64,000 bases of DNA, taken from assembly GCA_963422365.1 (NCBI GenBank), contig OY729426.1:1120001-1184000 (forward strand), given 5' to 3'. The position numbers and the translations under genes were made by a program. This document shows, one piece after another, positions 9,701 to 20,407 of this stretch (its first letter is position 1; every line of letters begins with the position of its first letter). The notes beneath the pieces are model-generated. The model searched no databases and was not told the DNA's origin. It worked only from the letters and a program-made list of their open reading frames with translations. The stretch is from Nitrospirales bacterium (lineage in GTDB: Bacteria; Nitrospirota; Nitrospiria; Nitrospirales; UBA8639).

Positions 9701-9783
9701 GTAGGGCGGCATCTTGAATGTATTTGTAGGGCCGCGCATCTCATGCGGCTCAGAAGAGGCCGGATGAGATCCCGCCCTACAAA
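9701..9783. repeat. GTAG-type REP pair (REPIN-like)
   Basis: GTAGGGCCGCGCATCTCATGCGGC facing inverted GGCCGGATGAGATCCCGCCCTAC. Confidence 0.75.
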
Positions 9784-9927
9784 GAGATCTTGTGCCGTAT
9801 CGAGAACGGTTCTTGTCCATCGTCGGGACCCCACGTATAATAGATCCTCACAGGCGAACCCTCCATCAAGTGGCCTCATCAATCGAAGCATGCCCTCGAC
9901 TCCGATCTGGAAGGAAGCAGACAACAC

Positions 9928-10740
9928 GTGAAAGGACACGAAATCGACATCGAACAATATTGGATCAACGAAGAGCCGTTTTATGAAGAGATCAACGGCG
10001 AAGTCGGTCTCGTCATTATTGCGGCTCAACGGCATCTGCCGGTGATGCTGAAAGGCCCGACGGGCTGTGGAAAGACCCGTTTTGTGCAACATCTGGCTTA
10101 CCGATTGAGGCGTCCGCTTATTACGGTCGCCTGCCATGAGGATTTGACCGCATCTGATTTGGTCGGCCGCTATCTCCTCAAAGGTGAAGAAACCGTGTGG
10201 ATTGACGGCCCCTTGACCCTTGGGGTGAAGCATGGGGCCATCGTCTACTTAGATGAAATCGTCGAAGCCAGAAAAGATACGACGGTGGTCGTGCACCCGC
10301 TCAGTGACGATCGTCGGTTTCTGCCGATCGAAAAACGTGGACAGGTTATCGAAGCAGTCGATGACTTTCTGCTTGTGATTTCCTACAACCCCGGCTATCA
10401 GAGTGTGCTCAAAGAATTAAAGCAAAGCACGAAACAGCGTTTTATGGCGATTGAATTTACGTATCCCCCTGCTGAGATTGAAACGAAAATTATCGAGCAT
10501 GAAGCCGGTGTCTCCAAAGACGTGGCCCAAAAGCTCGTCAAACTGGGTGGCAAGGTGAGGAATTTGCGCAACCATGGGCTCGAAGAAGGCGTCAGCACCC
10601 GACTGCTCATTTACGCCGGAACCTTGATACGGCAAGGTGTCGCCCCCGAGCGGGCTTGTCATGCTGCAGTGATTCAGCCGATCACGGACGATTTCGATAT
10701 GCATCGCAGTATTCAAGAGCTGGTGAGAGCAATTTTTTAA
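9928..10740 (+). CDS. CbbQ/NirQ/NorQ/GpvN-family MoxR AAA+ ATPase
   Basis: [49 protein letters not shown]. Confidence 0.92.
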   Translation: MKGHEIDIEQYWINEEPFYEEINGEVGLVIIAAQRHLPVMLKGPTGCGKTRFVQHLAYRLRRPLITVACHEDLTASDLVGRYLLKGEETVWIDGPLTLGVKHGAIVYLDEIVEARKDTTVVVHPLSDDRRFLPIEKRGQVIEAVDDFLLVISYNPGYQSVLKELKQSTKQRFMAIEFTYPPAEIETKIIEHEAGVSKDVAQKLVKLGGKVRNLRNHGLEEGVSTRLLIYAGTLIRQGVAPERACHAAVIQPITDDFDMHRSIQELVRAIF

Positions 10741-10866
10741 AGGATGACATCGGGAATCCAGTCATCTGTCAGTACCGGAATCTGTCGCTCAACAACCGAA
10801 TGCCTTGAAAGCCGATTCTTTACTTCGTTCAGGATGACAATGTCGGCTCGTTGCTCAGGGTGACAA
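10741..10866. repeat. Degenerate intergenic repeats ending in CAGGATGACA / CAGGGTGACA
   Basis: AGGATGACA, GATTCTTTACTTCGTTCAGGATGACA, GCTCAGGGTGACA; related TGTCATCCTTCGCTCA near 46117. Confidence 0.5.
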
Positions 10867-10887
10867 AGAGGCGTTTCCAGATCCCTC

Positions 10888-11766
10888 ATGGCGGAACCAC
10901 AAAACATTATCGCGATCGTCTACGATTTTGATCTTACGTTAAGCCCGCATTACATGCAGAACCAAACGATTCTGCCCCATGCCAAGATTACGCCTCAAGA
11001 ATTCTGGGACAGCTGTACCGCGCTTATCAAACAAGAAGGGTATGATCAGGAGCTCGCCTATATGAAGCGGATGCTCGATTATAAGGCGATCCGATCCTTG
11101 TCGAACCACGATCTTCAACAGATGGGGACGAAACTCACATTTTTCCCTGGGGTGCCCGATTGTTTCGGCGAATTGAACACCATTGTCCAGCAACCTCACT
11201 ATGAGGAGTGGGACATCCATCTTGAGCATTATGTGGTCAGTTCAGGGCTGAAGGCGATACTGGCGGGCAGCGAGGTAGCCAAGTGTGTCAAAGCCATGTG
11301 GGGGTGTGAGTTTGCGGAAGCAGACGGTCACATTAGTTTTCCAAAGCGGACCATTAGTCATACCGAAAAAACCCAATATTTATTTCGGGTCAACAAAAAT
11401 CTCCTGAACGCGAATCAAAATGTGAATGACCACATGCCCGAAGAAGTCAGACGAGTGCCATTTCGTCATATGATTTACGTGGGTGATGGCCCGACTGATG
11501 TTCCGTGTTTTACCGTCATCAAAAATTACGGGGGGCTGGCCGTTGCGGTGTATAATCCGGACGATCCCGACGGACAGTCTTTTAAAAAATGTTACGACCT
11601 CATGCTGCATGCGAACCGGGTCCACATTATGGCCCCTGCCGATTATCGACAAGGCAGTCATCTTCGCTTAATCTTAGAACGGCATCTGACTGAAATCGCC
11701 GATCGTATCGTCGAACGCCGTCGACGAGGCATTGACGCCACTCGGGTGGCTGCTCCTCCGCCGTAG
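10888..11766 (+). CDS. HAD-superfamily hydrolase
   Basis: YDFDLTL (DxDxT), VVSSG, KT, YVGDGPTD. Confidence 0.85.
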   Translation: MAEPQNIIAIVYDFDLTLSPHYMQNQTILPHAKITPQEFWDSCTALIKQEGYDQELAYMKRMLDYKAIRSLSNHDLQQMGTKLTFFPGVPDCFGELNTIVQQPHYEEWDIHLEHYVVSSGLKAILAGSEVAKCVKAMWGCEFAEADGHISFPKRTISHTEKTQYLFRVNKNLLNANQNVNDHMPEEVRRVPFRHMIYVGDGPTDVPCFTVIKNYGGLAVAVYNPDDPDGQSFKKCYDLMLHANRVHIMAPADYRQGSHLRLILERHLTEIADRIVERRRRGIDATRVAAPPP

Positions 11767-11893
11767 GGGGGGCTCGCGCGACTCAACGGTCTTGATTCCT
11801 TCCTCTCTTGTCTCTTGGATCCTTCCGTTGCGGAAACGTCCCAAGAGGGATAAAGTAAATACAGAAAAATCCCTAGACTAGGGGAGGTGCCTC

Positions 11894-12544
11894 GTGAAAA
11901 AGCAATCATCTTTCCCAGATAGTCCAGACTCTCATCGTACCAATCGATACCTAAGCCTCATCAGCCGTTCGTTCCTCCTTTTCGCCTTGGTTGTTCCCTC
12001 AATCGTCTGGGGGGAAGAAACGAAAGGGTTGGCCCCCAAGGCTGCCACAAAGGAGAGTGAGGGAAGTGTGACGACACAGACCGAACTCATGGCGTTGGAT
12101 CAAAGAAATTGGCAGCGTCCGCAATCAGCCTTTAAATGGATTGCCATGGCTCGGGATATCAAAATTCCCTGGGATACGTTTGGACGACAGGGGTGGATGA
12201 CGGATGATGCCTATGTGGAACCAGTGGCTCCTGGGGTTTCCGAATTTTCTTCGGATACGGAAATATTTTATCTCGTCTTTGCCGTGTCGGCCCTGGATGC
12301 GCCGTCTCAGTATCGAGCGGCGTGGTATCACATGCCGGATGGACACATCCCTTCAAAAGAACTGACGGGAACCGATGCCCTGTTTATGGAAATGAACGAA
12401 AAAGCAGGGTACCTCGAAATCTTTCGCCCTGAAGGCGGCTGGAAAAAGGGGAAGTATTTGCTCAAGCTCTATTTCGAGAGTCCGGGGCAAGAACTTTACG
12501 ACCCCAACGTCATCGGCACCATGGAATTTACAATCACGGATTGA
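11894..12544 (+). CDS. Hypothetical exported protein
   Basis: RBS GGGGAGG before GTG; hydrophobic signal-like segment; beta-rich C-terminus. Confidence 0.65.
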   Translation: MKKQSSFPDSPDSHRTNRYLSLISRSFLLFALVVPSIVWGEETKGLAPKAATKESEGSVTTQTELMALDQRNWQRPQSAFKWIAMARDIKIPWDTFGRQGWMTDDAYVEPVAPGVSEFSSDTEIFYLVFAVSALDAPSQYRAAWYHMPDGHIPSKELTGTDALFMEMNEKAGYLEIFRPEGGWKKGKYLLKLYFESPGQELYDPNVIGTMEFTITD

Positions 12545-12604
12545 TCGGCGTGTCCGTCCCGTGAACGGCCGCGCGATCTTCGCTTGCCTTCTTCCCCTTC
12601 TTTT

Positions 12605-12692
12605 GTCGCGACGGCCATCTCATGGCGCTTGCCGCTAGCGGCAGAAGATAGTGTCCTACAGGGAAAGGCCGCATGAGATTCGGCCCTACAAA
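12605..12692. repeat. GTAG-type REP pair between convergent genes
   Basis: GTCGCGACGGCCATCTCATGGCGC ... GGCCGCATGAGATTCGGCCCTAC. Confidence 0.72.
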
Positions 12693-12729
12693 GACATTTG
12701 AGAACGACGGCGTCCTGAAGGGGAAGAGC

Positions 12730-14343
12730 TTACGGGGTGAGCGACGATTTCCTCCGCGTCGCCGTTCGTGACCGCAAAAGTTCTTCCAGTGTCAGCAACG
12801 CCTCCCGGCCCGAGTTGGCCTGAATGCCCTGGGAGAGACTTTCGTCGGCATAGGTGTGGCCGTGATCCTGCGTGGCGCTTTGACTGAGGCTCCCGGACCA
12901 GTGACGCGGGTCACGACTGCCGTGTTTCTTGTTCCACGCTGTGAGGCAAGCTTTCGCAATCAATGTGTTGAGCGGAGCGGGATTGTAAAGTAATTTTTTC
13001 ACGTTCCAGGGCGCGAGGCTGAGTGGATTGTAGCCTGCCGAAAGATAGCCATCCGACAAGAGCCGCTGTTCCAAATCCGTATTCGGTTGAATGCCAAGAA
13101 AGAACATCAAGGGGAACACGCGATCGTCTCCAAGAATCGACGCGACGACTTTATACGACTCAATGCTTTGCAGCAGCGTCTCTTCGGTTTCCTCTGGAGA
13201 GTTGAGCGAATAGTTGAGAATCACACGACCTGAAAAGCCTGCCTCTTGCAAATAGCGACAGCCGTCATACAGGTGCTCGAGTTTGAATCCCATGTGCAAG
13301 CTGTTGAGCACCTTCTGTGAGCCTGCGGTAATCGCGACCTCCAAATCACCCACCCCGGAGTTGACCATGAGCTTCGCCATCTCGGCTGAAATGAGCGACG
13401 TGCGCACGTAGCCCGACCATTCAATCTCCAAGCCTTCCCGAATAATCCGTTCTAAGATTTCCGTGCATTGCGGATACGCATCTTTTCCCGTAATGAATTG
13501 CGCATCGGTAAACCAAAAGCGACGCGCTCCCCATTGATGGTAGTACTGCGAAATATCATTCACGACGTTTTGGGCCGGTCGATAGCGAACGCGCTTTCCC
13601 TCGATATAGGGGTAGAGACAAAAGGCGCAGTCATAGGGACAGCCCCGTTTAGTTTGCACCCCGATACACTCATCCACGTATTCCGCGTACTGTGGAAAAA
13701 TCGAGGTCAGATAGGGAAGATCGACTGTCAACGAATCCAGCAGGGCCGGCGTATGTTTCGAGCCTTTGGTGACGTGTCCGTTTGTTTTGATGATGACACG
13801 TTCGTCGGTCAGGGGCTCATCGTTTAAGACTTTGAGGATCGCATCCTCCCCTTCGCCTAAAATGCCGAGTATGTCTTCAGGGAGTTTTTCAATCAGTTGA
13901 TCGGCAAACGCCGTGAAGGCGCCGCCTCCGATCATCAGGCGGGCATTCGGGAACTCTTGATGAATGAGCCACGGGTACGAAAGGTTCGAACGGATGTCCT
14001 GGTAGTACCGATAGAGATTCTTGAGGCCGTGAAAGGAGGCCGCGATACGCTTGAAGGGATTGCCGGCATAGTAGAAGTTAAATGCCTGCTCCAACGACGC
14101 ATCGCCTTCGTGGGGTGAAAAAATCTGAATATCGCGCCACGAAAAACATACCAGGTCGGGCTTGAATCGTTGTACCGTCTCCCGCAACGCGCGAGACCGC
14201 GCAGCACGGGGAAACAACGAGAGATCCAAAATATGCTGACGAACGTCCGGACGGCGTCGGTGAATGAAGTCGGCTAAATACGTAATGCCGGTCGGGTAGA
14301 CCTTTTTACACGGCAGAAACACGTAGAGGAGGGAATTTATCAC
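12730..14343 (-). CDS. Cobalamin-binding (class B) radical SAM protein, likely methyltransferase
   Basis: N-terminal B12-binding-like domain (YPTGITYLA, IGGGAF, GEGE), then QTKRGCPYDCAFC and WFTD. Starts 3 nt after the ubiE-like stop. Confidence 0.88.
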   Translation of the reverse strand: MINSLLYVFLPCKKVYPTGITYLADFIHRRRPDVRQHILDLSLFPRAARSRALRETVQRFKPDLVCFSWRDIQIFSPHEGDASLEQAFNFYYAGNPFKRIAASFHGLKNLYRYYQDIRSNLSYPWLIHQEFPNARLMIGGGAFTAFADQLIEKLPEDILGILGEGEDAILKVLNDEPLTDERVIIKTNGHVTKGSKHTPALLDSLTVDLPYLTSIFPQYAEYVDECIGVQTKRGCPYDCAFCLYPYIEGKRVRYRPAQNVVNDISQYYHQWGARRFWFTDAQFITGKDAYPQCTEILERIIREGLEIEWSGYVRTSLISAEMAKLMVNSGVGDLEVAITAGSQKVLNSLHMGFKLEHLYDGCRYLQEAGFSGRVILNYSLNSPEETEETLLQSIESYKVVASILGDDRVFPLMFFLGIQPNTDLEQRLLSDGYLSAGYNPLSLAPWNVKKLLYNPAPLNTLIAKACLTAWNKKHGSRDPRHWSGSLSQSATQDHGHTYADESLSQGIQANSGREALLTLEELLRSRTATRRKSSLTP

Positions 14344-14346
14344 CCC

Positions 14347-15114
14347 TTACTTTACAGCCACGTGAATGGCCACGATCCCACCGCTCAGATTGTGATAGTC
14401 CACCTGCGCAAAGCCGGCTTCTCGAAGCATGGCGGCCAAGTGTTCTTGATGGGGAAAGGTTCGAATGGATTCAGGCAGATAGTGGTACACAGCCGTGTGA
14501 TCCTTAGCGACCCAGGTGCCGATTGTGGGAAGGAGGTGAAAGGAGTACCAGTCATAGACTGGCCGAAGCCAGGCCAAAACCGGCCGAGAAAATTCAAGAC
14601 ACACAAAACGGCCTCCTGGTTTGAGCACGCGGTAAATTTCGTGAAAGGCCAGTGCCCGGTCTCCGACGTTACGAATGCAAAAGCCGGCGGTGACCGCATC
14701 AAAGGTGTCATCGTGAAACACGATCCGTTCGGCGTTCCCTTGCAAACAGGCGATGTGGCCGGCTAATCTGCGCCGAGTGATCTTCTCCGCACCGACTTGT
14801 AACATAGCCTCATTTAAGTCCATCGCCACGACCCTGCCGTGCTTCCCCATCCGGCGGTTCAGCAACAAGGCAAGATCTCCCGTTCCCGAGCCTAGGTCCA
14901 AGGCTCGCCCCTGCGTGCAGACCGGCACATGGCGTACGGCCAGCACTTTCCATCGATAATGCAGTCCGAAACTCAGCAGGGAATTGTTGAGGTCATACCG
15001 CTTGGCAATTGCGGTAAACATGCGCTGCACGGCCTGTTCCCGAGGCGCACCAACCCATTGGGACACCGTCTTCCCCGCTGAGGCGCCAACAGAATTGTCC
15101 ACGGCTGGTAACAT
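14347..15114 (-). CDS. ubiE: UbiE/MenG-family quinone C-methyltransferase
   Basis: MF..IA.RYD..N.LLSFGLH..WK, LDLGSGTGD, F.IRNV, RVLKPGG, Y.YLPESI..FP. Confidence 0.9.
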   Translation of the reverse strand: MLPAVDNSVGASAGKTVSQWVGAPREQAVQRMFTAIAKRYDLNNSLLSFGLHYRWKVLAVRHVPVCTQGRALDLGSGTGDLALLLNRRMGKHGRVVAMDLNEAMLQVGAEKITRRRLAGHIACLQGNAERIVFHDDTFDAVTAGFCIRNVGDRALAFHEIYRVLKPGGRFVCLEFSRPVLAWLRPVYDWYSFHLLPTIGTWVAKDHTAVYHYLPESIRTFPHQEHLAAMLREAGFAQVDYHNLSGGIVAIHVAVK

Positions 15115-15420
15115 GGGCAGGAGGTAGCACCGCCCAGCGGGTTTGTCAAGGCGAGTGGGGACATCATCGTCCGCGAAATGACGTGTGGAGTGGCCCCGCT
15201 CATGTTGCTCCCTATTTGTCGCTACCGCATCCCCCTGTCGGAGCAGGAGACAAACTCATGCTGCCAAAACAGGCAGTGTAAGATGCCGCCAAAGAATAGA
15301 TAACGCCGGAGCGGCTCGTGCATCACTCGTCATTCGCTGCAAAAAAGACTTGAATACCCCCCCCTAAAATCCAGCGACCTTTTTACCCGTTCAGTGCAAT
15401 CTACAACACCGGAAGGATGA

Positions 15421-16885
15421 GTGATGAACAAGAAAAAACCATGCCTGTGCTTCGCCCTGATCGCCACTGTGGCCGTGACCGGTGGCGGGGGGAGTAGGAG
15501 TACACCCCTTGAGAGTGGATCTGGCGGGGTCGTCAAGTCACGCCTGGCCTCCACGTCAATACCCGAAGTGGCTAAAGAAAATTCATCCGTTGCCCGGGGA
15601 GCGGAGGCCGGCATTAGAATCGTGGCTACAGCCCAACCTGTAGAAGGCAGCATCATGCAGGTATCAAATACGGACAAGAAGGTCGCGGCTACTAAGGATG
15701 GAAAGCTGTTTTTCAACAACAAGCCGGTTTACTCGGCGAAGGACCTCGACTTGGTAGAACTGATCTTAGAAAATCTTGATGCTAAAAAAGCATATCTCGA
15801 ACACGGGGGATGTGTTCACTGATGGATGGAGAGGCACAAGAGCTTTTCGGTCGAAACCAATGCAGGAACGATGTATTTGCGTCAGTATGGTGCCAATGTT
15901 TCCAGAGATGAGAATGGCCCTGGCTATTCCAGCGAGGAAGCGTGGATAAAATCGGAGTTGCCAGAAGAGTGGAAAGCATGGTGGGACAAACCACATCCTA
16001 CTAAAGATATTTGGGAAAGCACCCTCAACATTGAGTGAGAAAAGCTGCCGGACCGGACTGGAACATACGTGGCATGGGACATAGGCCAGAGTATACAAGG
16101 AGAGAAGGATGGCACGCTTGGGCAATTTTATTGTGGCGACGTCGGAATTCCCAGCGTAGGTTGTGGCCTCTACCTTGAAAATGGTCGTGTTGTGAACATG
16201 ATTATGCATGAAGTCGTTTTTGTTCCCGACGGTTTTGTTCCCACCACAAACGGAGCAGACGAATCCATGCAATCAGGACAAGCACGGGCCAAACGGGACA
16301 TCGGAAAAATAGCCGAAAGACTAAGGCACACTTGGAAAAAATGTATAACACCAGCTATCTATCCCTGGCCAGTTGGCTGTTCGTTCCGAAGAATGTCGAC
16401 AGCGTCAAGGACTATGAAGTCGTCGTCTACGCCAATGGCGAAGACCCGTTTGATCAGAACACCCTCAAGGGGCTGACCGGCTCTGCCATCTACAGTGGGG
16501 ATGCGATGGGTCTTCGTATGCACCGGCCCTCCGACGCTGCCGATCCGGTGATCAAGGAGTCACTGCGGCCGTCAACCTGACGGCCGACTTCGATGAAGGC
16601 CCGCTTGGGACTGTGAACGGGAAGGTGGACGACTTCAAGGTGGAGAACGAGCCGTGGAACATGACGCTGAAGCTGGAGGAAGCCAGCATCACGGATACCG
16701 AGGGGGGGCGCTTCACAGGAGGAACCAGCGCGGACGGCGGGTTCACAGGCAAATGGGGTGGCTAGTTCTTCGGCAACGGGGAAGCTGCGACTGACCAGCC
16801 TGGCTCCGCCGCCGGTATCTTCTGGGCTGCCAGGGACGATAGGAGTGAATGGTGTATCGGGTGCTTTGGGACGTGGAAGGAATAG
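15421..16885 (+). pseudogene. Degraded TbpB-like surface lipoprotein (Slam substrate type)
   Basis: Signal-like start ending TGGGG. In-frame TGA at 15820 and 16036, frameshifts near 16330 and 16560, TAG at 16763. C-terminal barrel motifs GSAIYSGDAMG, AVNLTADF, GKWGG*FFG, PGSAAGIF, IGCFG. Confidence 0.7.
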
Positions 16886-16952
16886 ACGGAATAAGACGGC
16901 CTCTAACCTGCCTGCGTGTTGGCTATGGGTGCTGCCCGTCTCGTCCATCCGA

Positions 16953-18341
16953 ATGGCCTCCCCTTTCCTCTTCACCGTGCTGCCCAGGCTGCTGGGCGTA
17001 CTGGTCCTGGTCGCCGGTTTCTCCGTCTCGGGCTGGACCGAGCCCGCCCCACGGGCCGAGGCGTTGGCTGGAGCCAACGAGGAACCCAAGCCCTTGTCAG
17101 CGGTTGACCGGTCCCACCTCTCGGCCGACCCCCTGGTTCGCCATGCCTGGGCCTTGGTGGACACCGGGCGCTTTGCCACTGCCCTCGCCATCCTGCGCCC
17201 GCTCCTCGCCACGCACCCGGCTCAGACCGAGGTGCGGTTTCTCCTCGGCCTGGTGGCGATAGAGGCGGCTCAACAGCCGGAGACCACGGATGAAGCCACG
17301 CCCGCTCTCTTAGCCGAAGCCATTCGCGGCCCTGCGCGCCATCCTCATCGACCGGCCTGAACTCGTGCGCGTGCGTCTGGAACTGGCGAGCGCCTTCTTC
17401 CTCCAGCAAGAGGACGACTTGGCCCGCGACCAGTTTGAGCGGGTCCTAGCCAGCCAGCCCCCAGCCGCCGTGGTGTCTAATGTCCAGCGGTTTTTGTCGG
17501 CGATGCGGGCCCGACGCCGCTGGAGCGGCTACGTGAGCGTTGCCCTGGCCCAGGATACCAACATCAACGCCGCCTCGGACGCAGAAGTCATCTATCTCAA
17601 CGGCCTGCCGTTCCGCCGGAATGCAGCGGACCGGGCCAGTTCCGGCATCGGCGTGGTGGGCTGGGCCGGCGTGGACTATCAATATCCCCTGATGGCCCGC
17701 CTGCGGCTGCGCACAGGGCTTGATCTCGCCCATCGGGAATACAGTGGCACCGCGTTCGATCAGACTTTTGTCTCGGGCTACCTCGGGCCACGCTGGCTGC
17801 TACCCGGGCCACCGACCTTAGCTGCTTCGCCTCTCTGAATCGGGCCTGGTTGGCCGGTGCGGGCTTCAGCTACGCTCTCGGCACTCGCCTCGAACTCGCC
17901 CACTGGTTCACGGCCTGTCTCAGGGCGACAGGCCGCTCCTCGCGCTCTCCCTCGGGGGGACCTACATCCTCACGCCGACCGTGCGAACCGAGGCCTTGGT
18001 GGGCTATACCCGCCAACGCTCGCAAGCGAAGGTCTGGCGCAATACAGGGGTCTGGACGCGGCTGTGGGCCTTCGTGGCGTTGCCCTGGGGCTTCACACCC
18101 TGGCAGGGAGCGGGGAACTGCGCTGGACGACCTTCGAGGGCCGCTGGGCACCGTTCACGCCCAATGGCGCATCGCGCGCAGACCGTACCCGAATCCTGCG
18201 AGCCTCCGTGCTGAATCGTGCCATGACCCTGTGGGGCTTCAGCCTCCAACTCGTGCTGGTGCATGAGGCGCGCGCCTCCAACGCGCGGTTGTACGACTAG
18301 ACGCGCAACCCGCCGAAGTGCGTTTCGTGCGGCAGTTTTAG
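16953..18341 (+). pseudogene. Degraded surface lipoprotein assembly modulator (Slam, TPR + DUF560 barrel)
   Basis: Pieces in shifting frames: EVRFLLG, RAILIDRPELVRVRLELA.AFF...DDLAR..FERVLA, WSGYVSVALAQDTNIN, SNARLYD*, and terminal AEVRFVRQF*. Confidence 0.8.
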
Positions 18342-18428
18342 GCCACCCTGGACATCCACTCCCCCTTTTTCCTGTAAAGCGGTATCCTGGTTTATGGCCA
18401 CGGGGACATGTCTTATGCCATTGTATGT

Positions 18429-18549
18429 GTAGGGCCGCATCTCATGCGGCTCAGAAAAAGGCGCGATGAGATGGCGCTGCGACAAAAGAGAGGGAAGAAG
18501 GCGCCATGAGGTATGTCCCTGCCTGTGAACAGGGATCTCGACCTACAAA
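18429..18549. repeat. GTAG-type REP cluster between convergent genes
   Basis: GTAGGGCCGCATCTCATGCGGC, inverted GGCGCGATGAGATGGCGCTGCGAC, and further degenerate copies ending CCTAC. Confidence 0.75.
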
Positions 18550-18553
18550 AAGC

Positions 18554-19564
18554 TTACCCGAACAAATCTTGATCTTTACTCTTGCCGAAGTGCTGGTAGG
18601 CTTTGGCCGTGAGTTGGCGGCCACGGGCGGTGCGGTCTAGGTACCCGGCTTGGAGGAGAAAGGGTTCATACACGTCTTCGAGTGTGGCTTTTTCTTCTTG
18701 GACCGCAGTGGCTAGGGTGTCCGCCCCGACTGGCCCACCGTTAAATTTTTCCAAGAGGGTTAACAAGATTTTGCGATCCATTTCGTCAAACCCTGCGCCA
18801 TCCACACCCAGCCAGTGCAGCGCCTCTTGGGCCACCTTCTGGGTAATGGTGCCTTCGGCTTTGACTTCAGCAAAGTCTCTGACCCGCTTGATCAGCCTGT
18901 TGGCGATGCGTGGTGTCCCACGTGCGCGCCTGCTGATTTCCATCGCGCCTTCGGATTCGATGGCCACGTTCAACAGGCCTGCCGAGCGGTTGACGATAAT
19001 TTCCAATTCCTCAGGCGTATAGAAGTCGAGCCGATACACCAATCCGAACCGTTCACGAAGCGGGGAGGTCAGGGCGCCGGCTTTTGTGGTGGCGCCGACT
19101 AGGGTAAACGGGGGAAGATCCAGCTTCATGGTGCGGGTGGCTGGTCCTTGGCCGATGACGAGATCAATTTGACAATCCTCCATGGCGGGATACAACGCTT
19201 CTTCGACGGCCGCCGGCAGGCGGTGAATTTCATCGATAAACAAGACGTCGTGGGCTTGGAGATTCGCTAAAATCGCGGCGAGGTCTCCGGCATGGTTGAG
19301 GACGAGCCCGGAGGTCGAGCGAATGCCGCCCCCCATTTCTTTGGCAATGATATGCGCGATAGTCGTCTTGCCCAGTCCAGGTGGGCCGTAGAAAATGGCG
19401 TGGTCTAGCGGTTCGCCTCGACGGTGTGCGGCTTGGATGCAGACCCGAAGCGATTCCTTCATGCGCGCCTGGCCGATATAGTCTTCCAGTGTTTGTGGGC
19501 GCAGAGAGCTTTCGGTATTTTGCTCTTCTTCGAGTCTGTGGTTGGTGACGACACGATCTCCCAT
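18554..19564 (-). CDS. ruvB: Holliday junction branch migration helicase RuvB
   Basis: [44 protein letters not shown]. Confidence 0.97.
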   Translation of the reverse strand: MGDRVVTNHRLEEEQNTESSLRPQTLEDYIGQARMKESLRVCIQAAHRRGEPLDHAIFYGPPGLGKTTIAHIIAKEMGGGIRSTSGLVLNHAGDLAAILANLQAHDVLFIDEIHRLPAAVEEALYPAMEDCQIDLVIGQGPATRTMKLDLPPFTLVGATTKAGALTSPLRERFGLVYRLDFYTPEELEIIVNRSAGLLNVAIESEGAMEISRRARGTPRIANRLIKRVRDFAEVKAEGTITQKVAQEALHWLGVDGAGFDEMDRKILLTLLEKFNGGPVGADTLATAVQEEKATLEDVYEPFLLQAGYLDRTARGRQLTAKAYQHFGKSKDQDLFG

Positions 19565-19648
19565 GAAAGCCACTCGGAAGCCGTCTGGTTGGACAATGGG
19601 CTGTGGGCAAGAAGAGCCTCCCACCCAAGATCGATGCATGAGAGGCGT

Positions 19649-20176
19649 TTACGGAAATTGAAATTCGACGTTAATGTCCCGCCCCAGGTAGTTCACAAGA
19701 AATCCTTGGTTTTGGTAGTGCAACATTGCCCCCATGACGTTTTCATCTCCAATGTCTTCGGGCCCCAACAGTTCACGGATTTCTTGCGCACTTTGGGCTG
19801 TGAGCACCCGCCGGAAAATCCCCCGGATTTTATGGGCAAAGCGATTATTGATGAAAATCAAGTCGACGCGGCCATCCATGATCCGGACACCAGCCATGGC
19901 CCCGGTGGGGTTCGATTGATCCCACAACAACACGAAGACACCTTCTTGCTCAGCTCGGACTCCAGAAATTTTTTCATTGATCAGCATTTCCACGGCATCG
20001 ATTTCAGAGTCTCCCAATCGTACGCCATACAGAGAAACGGTCGTGCTGTCGACATCTGCGGGTTTTTGAACGTTATTCCTTGTGAGTTCGTATTTCTTGG
20101 CCAAGACTTCAGTGGAGACCAACGGCCCTCCCACTCCCACCAAAAAGGCCAATCCAATCAATGACAGTATGTGCAT
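19649..20176 (-). CDS. Hypothetical exported protein
   Basis: RBS GGGGAGGAG; signal peptide ending VLA. Confidence 0.7.
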   Translation of the reverse strand: MHILSLIGLAFLVGVGGPLVSTEVLAKKYELTRNNVQKPADVDSTTVSLYGVRLGDSEIDAVEMLINEKISGVRAEQEGVFVLLWDQSNPTGAMAGVRIMDGRVDLIFINNRFAHKIRGIFRRVLTAQSAQEIRELLGPEDIGDENVMGAMLHYQNQGFLVNYLGRDINVEFQFP

Positions 20177-20407
20177 GGAATGCTCCTCCCCCAGCCTGGT
20201 AAAAAACCCTCTCTTGCATTACGAAACTGGAATACCAACCAGATGACTCTGTCAGTGTAACGAACGGTCTGTGCAGAATCAAATAGACGAAAAGCCTGAG
20301 ATGAGAAGCAGAAGAGCCAGCCGCTTCCCGTAAGGCGATGATGGGCTATGGTATAGTATACTCCAACTTTTTCGACCCTTTTTTGACCGGGTGTCTTCAC
20401 CAAGTTT

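Noticed and set aside
15820..16765. In-frame TGA/TAG codons as selenocysteine, pyrrolysine or an alternative genetic code
   Set aside because: They co-occur with frameshifts in the same gene, and neighbouring genes use TGA and TAG as ordinary stops. Decay is the simpler explanation.
20351..20361. GTATAGTATAC palindrome upstream of uvrA as an SOS box
   Set aside because: Short, and I saw no matching copy upstream of ruvB or uvrC.
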